64,000 nt of DNA from an uncultured Chloroflexia bacterium. Its GTDB lineage: Bacteria; Chloroflexota; Limnocylindria; QHBO01. The translations under genes were made by a program, and so were the position numbers. Below the pieces are notes generated by a model, which saw nothing but the letters and a program-made list of their open reading frames with translations, was not told the DNA's origin and searched no databases. Numbering within the stretch: position 1 is the first letter of the stretch; the number at the start of each line of letters is the position of its first letter. The stretch lies in contig CAWEUD010000030.1 of assembly GCA_963812115.1 (NCBI GenBank), forward strand, positions 14,223 through 78,222, given 5' to 3'. Shown here one piece after another: positions 36,380 to 45,876 of the stretch.

Positions 36380-36831
36380 GTGGCCGCGACACGGCGGACC
36401 GGACCGGCCGCTCCGGGCCTGCAGGCCCGGCGGCTGGCGATGCTGGCGCTCTTCGAGGACGAGTTCCGGCCGACCAGGCCGTCGCGGCGCTCGAGCGCCT
36501 GGCGACGGAGAAGGGGAGCCGCGCGACGGTGGTCGAGCATGCCCGCGGACTGGTGCAGGGCGTCATCGCCAGGCGGACCGACCTGGACGCCGATATCGCC
36601 CGGCTGGCGCCCGCCATCCCCGTCAGCGAGCTCGGTCGGGTGGAGCGAACGATCCTGCGGAGCGCCCTTTACGAGGTGCTATACTCCGCCGCGACCCCGA
36701 GCGGGGAGACGATCCACGACGCCGTGTCACTCGCTCGGACCTATGCTGGAGACGCAGCCCGGCGACTCGTGAACGGGGTGCTCGGGACCGTTTCCCGATC
36801 CTCCGGCGCGGAATCGGGTAGAGGAGCCTAG
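36380..36831 (+). pseudogene. nusB: nusB (antitermination factor) split by one apparent -1 frame change near 36467-36472
   Basis: From GTG 36380, one frame gives the NusB-like N-terminus AATRRTGPAAPGLQARRLAMLALFEDEFRP. The frame 1 nt back continues DQAVAALERL...ELGRVERTILRSALYEVLY...ARRLVNGVL to the stop at 36831. That second frame has no canonical start before 36529. Confidence 0.75.
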
Positions 36832-36834
36832 AGG

Positions 36835-37077
36835 GTGACCGACGGAACCACGTACGAACGACTCAAGAAGATCATCGTCGAGCAGCTCGGCGTCGATGAA
36901 GAAGAGGTCACGCCCCAGGCCTCGTTCGTCGAGGACCTGAACGCCGACTCACTCGACCTGGTGGAGCTCATCATGAGCCTCGAGGAGGAGTTCGGCATGG
37001 AGATTTCGGACGAGGATGCCGAGAAGATCCAGAAGGTCCAGGACGCCGTCGACTTCATCGAGGAGCACCAGCAGTAA
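36835..37077 (+). CDS. acpP: Acyl carrier protein
   Basis: [24 protein letters not shown] with the phosphopantetheine-accepting DSL motif. 80 aa. GTG start. Confidence 0.95.
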   Translation: MTDGTTYERLKKIIVEQLGVDEEEVTPQASFVEDLNADSLDLVELIMSLEEEFGMEISDEDAEKIQKVQDAVDFIEEHQQ

Positions 37078-37091
37078 GACCGGCTGGGCGC

Positions 37092-37808
37092 ATGGACGGC
37101 CCGGGCCTCGACGACCTCGGCTCGCGACTCGGGATCTCCCTGCGAGATCCGGAGGCCATCCGCCAGGCGTTCGTCCACAGCTCCTACTTCAACGAGAACC
37201 AGGGGCAGGTCGCCGGGCACAACGAGCGGCTCGAGTTCCTCGGCGATGCCGTCATCGGCCTGGTCGTCAGCCGGCTCCTCTACGAGCGGTATCCCGATGA
37301 AGACGAGGGCCTGCTGACGGCACGCCGCGCCGCGCTCGTCAACCGGGACTCGCTCGCCGCGCTCGCCCTGCGCCTCGGGCTGGACACGTATGTCCTGCTC
37401 GGTCGCGGCGAGGCGGAGAACGGGGGAGCGACGCGGCCCTCGCTGCTCGCGGCCACTTTCGAGGCGGTGGTGGGTGCCGTCTACCTGGCCGAGGGAACCA
37501 GCAAGGTCCGGAACTGGCTGCGCCGACTGTTCGCCCACGAGCTGCCCGTGGACGGTGACGACCGCGCGCCGAAGTCGGCCAAGAGCCGGCTGCAGGAGTG
37601 GAGCCAGCACGTCCATCGCCAGAAGCCGCGCTACGAGCTGTCCGGCACGACCGGCCCTGCTCACGACCAGATCTTCACGGTGGCCGTGCTCCTCAATGGG
37701 CGCAGGGTGGCATCGGGCACCGGGACCAGCCGCCAGCGTGCCGAGGAGCAGGCCGCCGCGGCCGCCCTCGAGCTCGTGAAGGCCGGCGCTGGCGAACCGA
37801 CGTCGTGA
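37092..37808 (+). CDS. rnc: Ribonuclease III
   Basis: NERLEFLGDAV catalytic signature and a C-terminal dsRBD (...KSRLQEW...FTVAVLLNGR..ASGTGTSRQRAEEQAA). Confidence 0.95.
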   Translation: MDGPGLDDLGSRLGISLRDPEAIRQAFVHSSYFNENQGQVAGHNERLEFLGDAVIGLVVSRLLYERYPDEDEGLLTARRAALVNRDSLAALALRLGLDTYVLLGRGEAENGGATRPSLLAATFEAVVGAVYLAEGTSKVRNWLRRLFAHELPVDGDDRAPKSAKSRLQEWSQHVHRQKPRYELSGTTGPAHDQIFTVAVLLNGRRVASGTGTSRQRAEEQAAAAALELVKAGAGEPTS

Positions 37809-40800
37809 GCCGCCTGCGCGAGCTGCGTCTCCACGGCTTCAAGACGTTCGCCGATCCAACGCGTTTCGTCTTCGAGCCGGGCGTCAATGCCGTCATCGGC
37901 CCGAACGGCTCCGGCAAGTCGAACATGGCCGACGCGGTCCGATGGGTGCTCGGGGAGCAGTCGAACCGATCGCTGCGCACTCGCCGCGCCGACGATGTCA
38001 TCTTCGCCGGCAGCCAGCAGCGCAAGCCGCAGGGCATGGCCGAGGCGATCATGACCCTCGACAACACCGATGGTTGGCTGCCGATCGAGTTCGCCGAGGT
38101 CGCGATCGGGCGGCGCGCCTACCGTTCCGGCGAGAGCGAGTACCTGATCAACGGCGCGCGAGCCAGGCTGCGCGACATCGTCGAGCTGCTCGGCCACGGC
38201 GGACTCGGGGCGAATGAGCTGGCGGTGGTCGGGCAGGGGACCGTCGACGCGGCACTCTCGCTGCGACCCGAGGAGCGGCGCCAGCTCTTCGAGGAAGCCG
38301 CGGGCGTCAAGAACCTGCAGGTCCGCAAGAACGAGGCGCTTGGCCGCCTGGCACGTGCCCGCGACAACCTGACGCGCATCAGCGACCTGGTCGGCGAGCT
38401 GCGACCGCAGGTCAGGCGGCTGGCGCAGCAGGCGAAGCACCAGCAGGAGCACGATGCCCTCGGCCATCGAGCGCGCGCACTCGTCGTCGAGTCGCACCGC
38501 CGGCGGGAGGCCTCGGCGCGTTCGCTCCTCGGCGACGCGCGCCGCAAGGCGGCCGCGGCGGAGGCGGCCCTCGAGGCCCTGCGTGCAGAGCAGTCGGCCG
38601 GCCGCGACGCCGTGGCGGAGGCAGAACAACGCTACTGGCAGGCGGAGGAGAGCTCGCGCGCGCGCGGTCGAGCGGCGGGAGGCGACGCGGGAGGAGCTGA
38701 TTCGCGCCGAGGGCAGGCTCGAAGCGCTGCGCCAGCGTGCTGCGGACCTCGAACGCGCGGGGGAGACCGCACGCCGCGAGCTGGATGAGGTGGCGTTGGC
38801 ACTCACGGAGCTCGCGAGCGGGACCGTCGACACGGCGGTGGAGCCCGCCAGCCGACGAGCGGCGGAGGTAGAGGCGGAGTGGCGGTCGGCCACTGATCGG
38901 CTCGCCGAACTCGACGCGCGGCTCGTCGCCGCGGAGGAGGCGCTGGCCGAAGTGCGACATCGGGAAGGAGAGCGCATCGCGATGCGAGGCGCGGCGTGGC
39001 GAGCGCATCGCGCGACAGCAGGCACGCCGCGAGGACCTGCAGCGCGAACTCGCCGGCGCGCGCGAGATGCTTGCCCGGGCCGAAGCTGCGGGGGGACCCT
39101 CGGGTCGGGACCGTCGATCAGGCTCGTCAGCGGGCCGAATTCGCGCGGGAGCGCCGGGAGCAGGCGCGCCGCGACGTTGCCGAGGCCCAGCCGCTGGCCG
39201 ACGCCACGCGCCGCCGCTCGTCCGAGCTCGCCGAACGCGTGGGCGCCATGCGCGGGGAGCTTGATGCGCTGCACGAGCGCGCGGAACGTGGCGGACGGCT
39301 CGGCTCTCTGCTCTCGGCCGCTGGCTGGACGATGCTGCTCGACACCCTCCAGGCGCCACAGGAGGCCTGGCCGGCAATCGAGGCGGTGGTTGGCGGCGAG
39401 CTGGAGCTGGCGCTCGTATGGCGCGACGCCGATCTGATCGACCGACTCCGCGATGCCCACGGCGCCGCAAGGTTGCTGGTCGCCTTCGAAGACGCGCCGG
39501 ACGACGGAAAGGAGCGCGCGGCGGCGCTCTCGGCCGTGGGCGGCTCGCAGACGCTTGCGGAGTGGATCCGCGCACCATCAAACGGCCTCCGGCTCTTTCG
39601 CAGGACGGTGGTTGCGCCCGATCTGCCATCGCTGCTCGATGGATGGCGGTCGCTGCCCTCCGGCTGGCTGGCCGTTACGCCGGGCGGCGACGTGGCAGAT
39701 GGACGAGGCATGGTCTCGGTCCGCGGTCGGGCGGACTCGGGCGAGAGCGAAGCGGCGCGGCGTCACGCCCGGCGCCGCGAGCTGGGCGAGGCGGTCGAAC
39801 GCCTGGAGGCGGAGCAGGAGGCGGCCACTGCCGAGGCAGCCAGCCGCATGGCCGCGGTCGGGGAGGCCGCCCGCCAGCTGGAGGAGGCGCAGCGCAACTC
39901 GGATCGCGCGGAGGCCGATGAACGCGGCGCGATCGCCGCGGCGGCAGAGGTGGAGGAACGTCGGAGGCGGGCCTCGGCCACCCTGGAGCGGCTGACGGCA
40001 GAGCTCCACGCGGTTGACCTCGAACCGACCCCGGAGCCGGCATCAGGGTCGCCGGCCACCACCGGGCGCCTCGAGGAGGCGCAGGCAGTGGCGGAGCAGG
40101 CGCGGGCGGAGCGGAAGCTGGCGGCCGAGGCGCGGGACGCCGCTCGGACGGCCTGGCAGGAGGCGGAGCGGGACGCGCGGAGCCGCGAGGAGCGGCAGGT
40201 CGGCAAGCAGCGCGAGCGGGCCATGCTCGAGGCGCGCAGGAGCCAGCTGCAGGCGGACCTGCCACGACACGCTTCGGCCCGGGAGACGGTCGGGGCAGAG
40301 CTGCAGGAGGCCGAGCGGCTGGCCGCGGGCGCGCGAGCGGCAGACGACGAGGCGGCGGAGGCCAGGACCGAGGCCGAGCGGGCGCAGCAGGAGGCGCGTG
40401 GGCAGCTACTGGAGCTGGAACGAGGCTCGAGCAGCAGTATCGCCCGACTCTCGGAACTCGAGCGCGCGGCACAGGTCGCCGCCGTGGAGGCGTCGCGCCA
40501 GGACGAGGCGCTCGCCTCGCTCGCCCGCGAGCGGGAGCTGGCGCTCGACTCGCTGCCGGAGCTGGACCAGGGCGACGACGAGTCGGTGCCACCTGCCATG
40601 GACGACATCGCGGCCCTGGACGACGCGTCGCTGGAAACCGAGCTCCGCCGGGTACGCCGCACGCTGGCCCAGATCGGCTCCGTCAATCCCTTCGCCGTCG
40701 AAGAGCATCGAGAGCTCTCGACGCGCCTCGAGGAGCTGTCCGGGCAGGAGGGCGACCTGACGGGCGCCATCGGCTCCACCGAGGAGCTGATCGCGCACCT

Positions 40801-41293
40801 CGATGGCCAGATCGCCGAGCAGTTCAACGCGGCGTTCGCCGCCATCGGCGAACGCTTCGACGAGTTCTGCCGGCTGCTCTTCGCCGGTGGCTCCGCGTCC
40901 CTGACGCTGGGCGACGGCAGCGACGGCGAGGCGGCAGGTGGGATCGAGATCGTGGTGCGCCCGCCGGGCAAGCGGCTGCAGCGGCTGGCGATGCTCTCCG
41001 GCGGCGAACGCGCGCTGACTGGCGTGGCGCTGCTGTTCGCCATGCTGAGCGTGAACCCCGTGCCGTTCTGCATCCTCGACGAGGTGGATGCCGCCCTGGA
41101 CGAGGCGAACATCGGCCGCTTCGCCGACGCGCTGCGCAAGCTCGCGGAGCGCATCGACTTCGTGGTCATCACGCACAACCGGGCCACGATCGAGGTGGCC
41201 GATACCATCTACGGCGTGACCATGACCGATGCCGCCGTCTCGAAGATCGTCTCGCTCCGCCTCGCCGACCTGCCCGCGGAGGCGATCGTATGA
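37805..41293 (+). pseudogene. smc: smc (chromosome partition protein) with intact heads but a coiled-coil interrupted by about three +1 frame changes
   Basis: N-head LRLHGFKTF...GPNGSGKSN from GTG 37805. That frame stops at 38788 and about 38893. The coiled-coil continues in the +1 frame from the (CG)6 run 38655-38666, then +1 again near 38982-39000, then +1 at G6 39090-39095. C-head LSGGERALT...ILDEVDAALD ends at 41293. Confidence 0.85.
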
Positions 41294-42192
41294 CGATGCC
41301 GCGCCCGTCGCGCGAGCCGTCCGGCATGGGACTCCGGCCCCGCCCGGGGGGCCTCGGAGCCCGCCTGCGCGGCCTCTTCGCCGGCCCCGCCAGCGAGGCC
41401 ACCTGGGAGGAGGTGGAGGAGGCGCTCATCGCAGCAGACATCGGTCCCGAAGCGACGCTCGAGATGGTGGACGCCGCCCGCGCGCGGACGAGCCGTGGGG
41501 GAGATCCCCGGGCGGCGCTGGCCGACGAGGTTCGCGGTCGGCTCGAGCGGGCGGGATCGGGGCGCTTCGAGCTCGGATCGGCGCCGTCGGTGATCCTGGT
41601 GGTGGGCGTCAACGGGACGGGCAAGACCACGACCATCGCCAAGCTCGCGTATCGATTTCGCGAGCAGGGCCGGAGCGTCGTGCTGGGGGCGGGAGACACG
41701 TTCCGCGCGGCGGCCATCGAGCAGCTGCGCATCTGGGGGGACCAGCTCGGCCTGCCGGTGGTGGCCCAGCGTACCGGAGCGGATCCGGGAGCCGTCGCGT
41801 TCGATGCGGTCGCGGCGGCCGAGTCTCGCGGGGCAGAGGCCGTCATCATCGACACCGCCGGCCGGCTGCAGAACAAGACCCAGCTGATGGCAGAGCTGAT
41901 CAAGATCCGTGACGTGATCCGGCGGCGCATCCCGGACCAGCCACGCCACGTCCTGCTGGTGCTCGACGCCACAACCGGACAGAACGGGCTGGCCCAGGCC
42001 GAGGCATTCAGCCGTGACGTGGGGGTGACGGGGATCGTGCTGACCAAGCTCGACGGCACGGCCAAGGGTGGGGTTGCGGTCGCCGCCGCTGACCGCCTGG
42101 GCGTCCCGATCCAGTTCGCCGGGATCGGCGAGGAGGTCGACGGCCTGGCACCCTTCGACCCCGCCGCCTACGTGGAGTGGCTCTTCGCCTGA
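41290..42192 (+). CDS. ftsY: Signal recognition particle receptor FtsY
   Basis: VILVVGVNGTGKTTTIAKLA, GDTFRAAA, IIDTAGRL, LTKLDGTAKGG motifs. The ATG overlaps the smc stop. Confidence 0.95.
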   Translation: MTMPRPSREPSGMGLRPRPGGLGARLRGLFAGPASEATWEEVEEALIAADIGPEATLEMVDAARARTSRGGDPRAALADEVRGRLERAGSGRFELGSAPSVILVVGVNGTGKTTTIAKLAYRFREQGRSVVLGAGDTFRAAAIEQLRIWGDQLGLPVVAQRTGADPGAVAFDAVAAAESRGAEAVIIDTAGRLQNKTQLMAELIKIRDVIRRRIPDQPRHVLLVLDATTGQNGLAQAEAFSRDVGVTGIVLTKLDGTAKGGVAVAAADRLGVPIQFAGIGEEVDGLAPFDPAAYVEWLFA

Positions 42193-42267
42193 TTGCCGCG
42201 GATCGTTGCGCAGCCTAGAATTGGCAGCCGCCTTCGCGGCCAAGCCACTCCCCGCAGATGGTCATCC

Positions 42268-43615
42268 ATGTTCGAATCCCTGTCCGCACGCCTCCAGGCG
42301 ATCACCGAGCGCCTTCGCGGCAAGGCGAAGATCACGGAGGCCGACCTCGACGTCGCGCTCCGCGAGATCCGACTCGCCCTCCTGGAGGCCGATGTCAACT
42401 TCCGCGTCGTCAAGGAGTTCGTGGCCCACGTTCGTGAGCGCGCCCTGGGCGCGGCGGTGCTGAGCGGGCTTAACGCCGGTCAGCAGGTCGTCAAGGTGGT
42501 GCACGACGAACTGGTGGCCGTTCTGGGCGGCGAACGGCATGAGCTGGCGCTGGGCGGCCAGCCTTCGGTCCTGATGCTGGTGGGATTGCAGGGCTCAGGC
42601 AAGACGACGACGGCGGCCAAGCTCGCCGTCCGGCTGCGAAAGGACGGGCGTCGCCCGCTGCTGGTGGCGGCCGACGTCTACCGTCCCGCCGCCGTGGACC
42701 AGCTGGTGCAGCTCGGCGACCAGATCGGCATCGAGGTCCATACCCGCCCGGTGGGAACGCCGGCCCTGGAGGTTGCGCGTTCGGGCATCGAGGCCGCTCG
42801 GCAGCGGGGGCACGATACCGGTCCTGATCGACACCGCCGGCCGGCTGCACGTGGACGAGCCGATGATGGACGAGCTGGTGCGGGTCGCGGGCGCAGTCAC
42901 GCCGGCGGAGACGCTGCTCGTGGTGGATGCCATGACCGGCCAGGAGTCGGTCAAGGTGGCCGAAGCGTTCCACCAGCGGCTGCCGGTCACCGGCCTCGTG
43001 CTGACGAAGATGGACGGCGACGCGCGGGGCGGCGCCGCGCTCTCGATCCGCAGCGTCACCGGCCTGCCCATCGCCTTCATCGGCACCGGTGAGCGCACCG
43101 ACGGGCTCGAGGCCTTCCATCCCGACCGCCTGGCGCAGCGCATCCTCGGCATGGGGGACATCCTGTCCCTGGTCGAGCGCGTCCAGGAGACGGTCGACCG
43201 AGACGAGGCGGAACGCGTCGCGCAGCGCATGATGGAGTCCCGGTTCACCCTGGACGACTTCAAGAGCCAGCTCGGCCAGGTCAAGAAGATGGGTCCCATC
43301 GGGCAGGTCCTGCAGATGATCCCGGGTGCCGGCCAGATGGCGGGCGCCGCGCAGCAGGCCGTCGACGAGGGTCAGCTGACCCGCGTCGAGGCGATCATCG
43401 ACTCCATGACGCCGCACGAGCGGCGCCACCCGGAGGTGATCAAGGCCAGCCGTCGTCGGCGCATCGCGGTCGGCAGCGGCACCTCGACCGCGGACGTCAA
43501 CCGCCTCCTGAAGCAGTTCGGTGAGATGCAGAAGCTGATGCGGCAGCTCGGCAGCGGTCGGATGCCGAAGCTCGGCGGCCTGGGCGGCGGGTTCCGCGGC
43601 ATGCTGGACCGGTAG
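42268..43615 (+). pseudogene. ffh: ffh (SRP54) with one +1 frame change near 42806-42822
   Basis: The first frame gives MFESLSARLQ...GLQGSGKTTTAAKLA...ADVYRPAA...EAARQRGHD. The next frame gives VLIDTAGRLHVDE...VDAMTGQ...LTKMDGDARGG...M-domain...GGFRGMLDR. The two are joined by removing one base around ACCGGTCC or the G5 run. Confidence 0.9.
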
Positions 43616-43618
43616 CAC

Positions 43619-45178
43619 GTGCATCGCCTGGTCGTCGCGACGACGACGCTCCTGACCCTGGTCGGCGCGGTGGTCGTGGCCGGCTACCTCTTCGTCTTCG
43701 CGGCGCAGGCGGATCGCATGGCGAGCGCCGTTCCGGCAGGTGCATCCGTGTACGCCACCGCCTACCTCCAGCCGTCGGCCGGACAGAAACTGAACATCGC
43801 CGCCCTGCTCGGCCGGGTGCCCGGATTCGCCGATGCCTCCTCGCTCGACCAGAAGATCCACGAGATCGCCGCTCGCCTGCTCGGGGAGGCCGGACTGGAT
43901 TACGAGGGTGACCTCCGGCCGTGGCTAGGGGACCAGGTCGCAATCGCGGTCGAGCCGGACGGCGTTGACCCCCAGGCAGCCGACGTCCTCGTCGTGGTAG
44001 GCGTCAAGGACCGCGCGGTCGCCGAAGCGGCGCTGGCGCGGATCGCTGCCGACCAGGGTCTTTCGGCTCGGAGCGAGTCGTACCAGGGCGACGACGTGTT
44101 CGTCGCCGACGGGACCAGCTGGTCGCTCGTCGAGGACGTGCTGCTGGTGGGCACCAGCGAGGCGGTGGTGAAGGCCGCACTCGACGCCGATGCCGGCCGC
44201 GCCGAGTCCCTGGGTGCGTCGGACCGCTTCGGCCGCGCGATGGAGACGGTGCCGGCCGACCACCTTGCATCGATCTACGTCGACATGATCGGCCTGGCGG
44301 GTGCCGCCGGCCTCGGCGACGAGCTGGGGGGCTACAGCACCGTCAGCCTGGCGCTGGTGGTGGAGCCGCAGGGACTGCAGCTGGCCGGGAACGCCCCGTT
44401 CAGCGCCGAGGCCGCCCCGTCACCTGCGCGCGAGGCGTTCGCGCTGTCGAGCGAACCGTCGAGCCTCGCGGAGTGGATGCCGTCCGAGACTCAGCTCGAG
44501 GCGGTCGTCTTCGGCCTCAGCCAGACCCTCCGAGCGGCTGAGACACAGCTCGGGGAGCAGGATCCCGGAGGCGAGATTCTCGGGGCTGTCGACCAGCTGC
44601 GCGCAGTCGCACAGTTCGGGTTGGGGATCAACCTGGACGACGACCTCCTGCCTCTCTTCGACCGGGAGACCGCCGTGGCGGTCGGCGGCTTGGAGAGCGG
44701 TGCGCCCAGCGGCCAGCTGCTGCTGCGCCCGTCGGACCCCGATGCCGCGGCGGCCGCCCTGGAGCGCATGCGTGCGGCGCTGGAAGAGCGCGGGATCGCG
44801 TTCGATGAGCAGGAGATCGACGGGACGTCCGTCACCAGCGTCGAGATGCCGGACCTCGTCACCCTGGCCTACGCCGTCCGCGATGGCGTGATCGTCGCCG
44901 GGATGAGCACCGACGACGTCGCCGCTGCCCTGGCAGCCGAGCTCGACGGCAGCTCGCTGGCCGAGGCCCAGCGCTATCGCAGCGCCTGGGATCTGTCCGG
45001 GGTGCGGGGCGGAAACGAGATCTGGGTCGACGCCGGCGCCATGCTCGACGTGGCCGGCGACCAGCTGGGCGTGACAGGTGACCTCCGCGATATCCTGCTC
45101 CAGGTCGATGCGGTGGCCATGACGGCGCCGTCCGACGACGATCACAGCGAATTCCACTTCGTGGTGACCGTCCGCTGA
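43619..45178 (+). CDS. Hypothetical N-terminally anchored extracytoplasmic protein (possibly DUF3352-like)
   Basis: Single N-terminal TM (LLTLVGAVVVAGYLFVF) followed by a 490-aa Ala/Asp/Leu-rich domain. Family assignment from memory only. Confidence 0.45.
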   Translation: MHRLVVATTTLLTLVGAVVVAGYLFVFAAQADRMASAVPAGASVYATAYLQPSAGQKLNIAALLGRVPGFADASSLDQKIHEIAARLLGEAGLDYEGDLRPWLGDQVAIAVEPDGVDPQAADVLVVVGVKDRAVAEAALARIAADQGLSARSESYQGDDVFVADGTSWSLVEDVLLVGTSEAVVKAALDADAGRAESLGASDRFGRAMETVPADHLASIYVDMIGLAGAAGLGDELGGYSTVSLALVVEPQGLQLAGNAPFSAEAAPSPAREAFALSSEPSSLAEWMPSETQLEAVVFGLSQTLRAAETQLGEQDPGGEILGAVDQLRAVAQFGLGINLDDDLLPLFDRETAVAVGGLESGAPSGQLLLRPSDPDAAAAALERMRAALEERGIAFDEQEIDGTSVTSVEMPDLVTLAYAVRDGVIVAGMSTDDVAAALAAELDGSSLAEAQRYRSAWDLSGVRGGNEIWVDAGAMLDVAGDQLGVTGDLRDILLQVDAVAMTAPSDDDHSEFHFVVTVR

Positions 45179-45248
45179 CGGCACTGCGTGCAAGAGATCA
45201 GGTGGCCCGCATCGACGCGGTGCCGCGAGACAGAGAGGAAGAACCGAT

Positions 45249-45639
45249 TTGGCAGTGAGAATCAGGCTCACCCGCGTGGGGGCCACCAAGCGCCCAAGCT
45301 ACCGCGTGGTGGCCATCGACAGCCGCCGACCACGCGATGGTCGGGCCCTGGAGATCCTTGGCTTCTACGACCCGCTCACCGACCCGGCCACGGTCCAGCT
45401 CGACATGGCCCGTGTCCAGGCGTGGATCGGTAAGGGCGCAAAGCCCTCCGAGACCGTGGTCAAGCTGATCCGCCAGGCCGACGCGAGCGCCGCGGCCAAG
45501 CGAGAGCGCCGAGAAGCCCGCCGAGAAGCCCGCCGAGAAGCCCGCCGCCAAGAGCTCCGCGAAGAGCGGTGCGAAGAGCTCCGCCAAGCCGCGCAGCAGG
45601 AAGGCAGCCGCTCCCGCGGCCGCAGCGGCCGAAGAGTGA
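45249..45639 (+). CDS. rpsP: 30S ribosomal protein S16; the C-terminal tail is probably read in the +1 frame (otherwise fused to the KH protein)
   Basis: TTG start, MAVRIRLTRVGATKRPSYRVVA... In the start frame the ORF runs on to 45872. The +1 frame from about 45508 gives AEKPAEKPAEKPAAKSSAK...AAAEE with TGA 45637-45639, which overlaps GTG 45636. Confidence 0.75.
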
Positions 45640-45872
45640 AGGAGCTGCTCGAGTACCTGGCGCGCTCGCTCGTCGACAAGCCGGACGCCGTCAACGTGGA
45701 CGTGGAAGAGGACGACGACGAGGTGTCGCTGCTGCTCACCGTCGATGAGGCCGACATGGGTCGCGTGATCGGCCGCGACGGCCGCATCGCGAACGCGATT
45801 CGCAGCCTGCTGCGGGTGATGGCATCGCGCGACGGCCGTCACGTAGAGCTGGAGATCGAGAGCAACGACTGA
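45636..45872 (+). CDS. KH-domain RNA-binding protein (YlqC/UPF0109 family)
   Basis: VKELLEYLARSLVDKPDAV.V...E......L.V...DMGRVIGRDGRIANAIRSLL. Conserved position between rpsP and rimM. Confidence 0.8.
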   Translation: MKELLEYLARSLVDKPDAVNVDVEEDDDEVSLLLTVDEADMGRVIGRDGRIANAIRSLLRVMASRDGRHVELEIESND

Positions 45873-45876
45873 ACGC

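Noticed and set aside
36278-36772. 164-aa ORF overlapping the end of plsX and most of nusB
   Set aside because: Only its segment 36380-36470 is NusB-like. The rest (..[25 protein letters not shown]..) is out-of-frame NusB sequence. It was interpreted as part of the frameshifted nusB.
38970-39012. A 31-nt insertion in smc flanked by the 12-bp direct repeat GAGCGCATCGCG
   Set aside because: Removing 31 nt does restore the frame. However, the 19 nt between the repeats are not duplicated from adjacent sequence, and a single-base change between 38982 and 39000 also restores a sensible coiled-coil (..GERIAMREARRGERIARQQ..). The simpler explanation is preferred, though it cannot be decided from sequence alone.
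42193-42267. Upstream extension of ffh from the track start at 42193
   Set aside because: The extension (MPRIVAQPRIGSRLRGQATPRRWSS) is not Ffh-like. Canonical Ffh begins MFE.L, which is what ATG 42268 gives.
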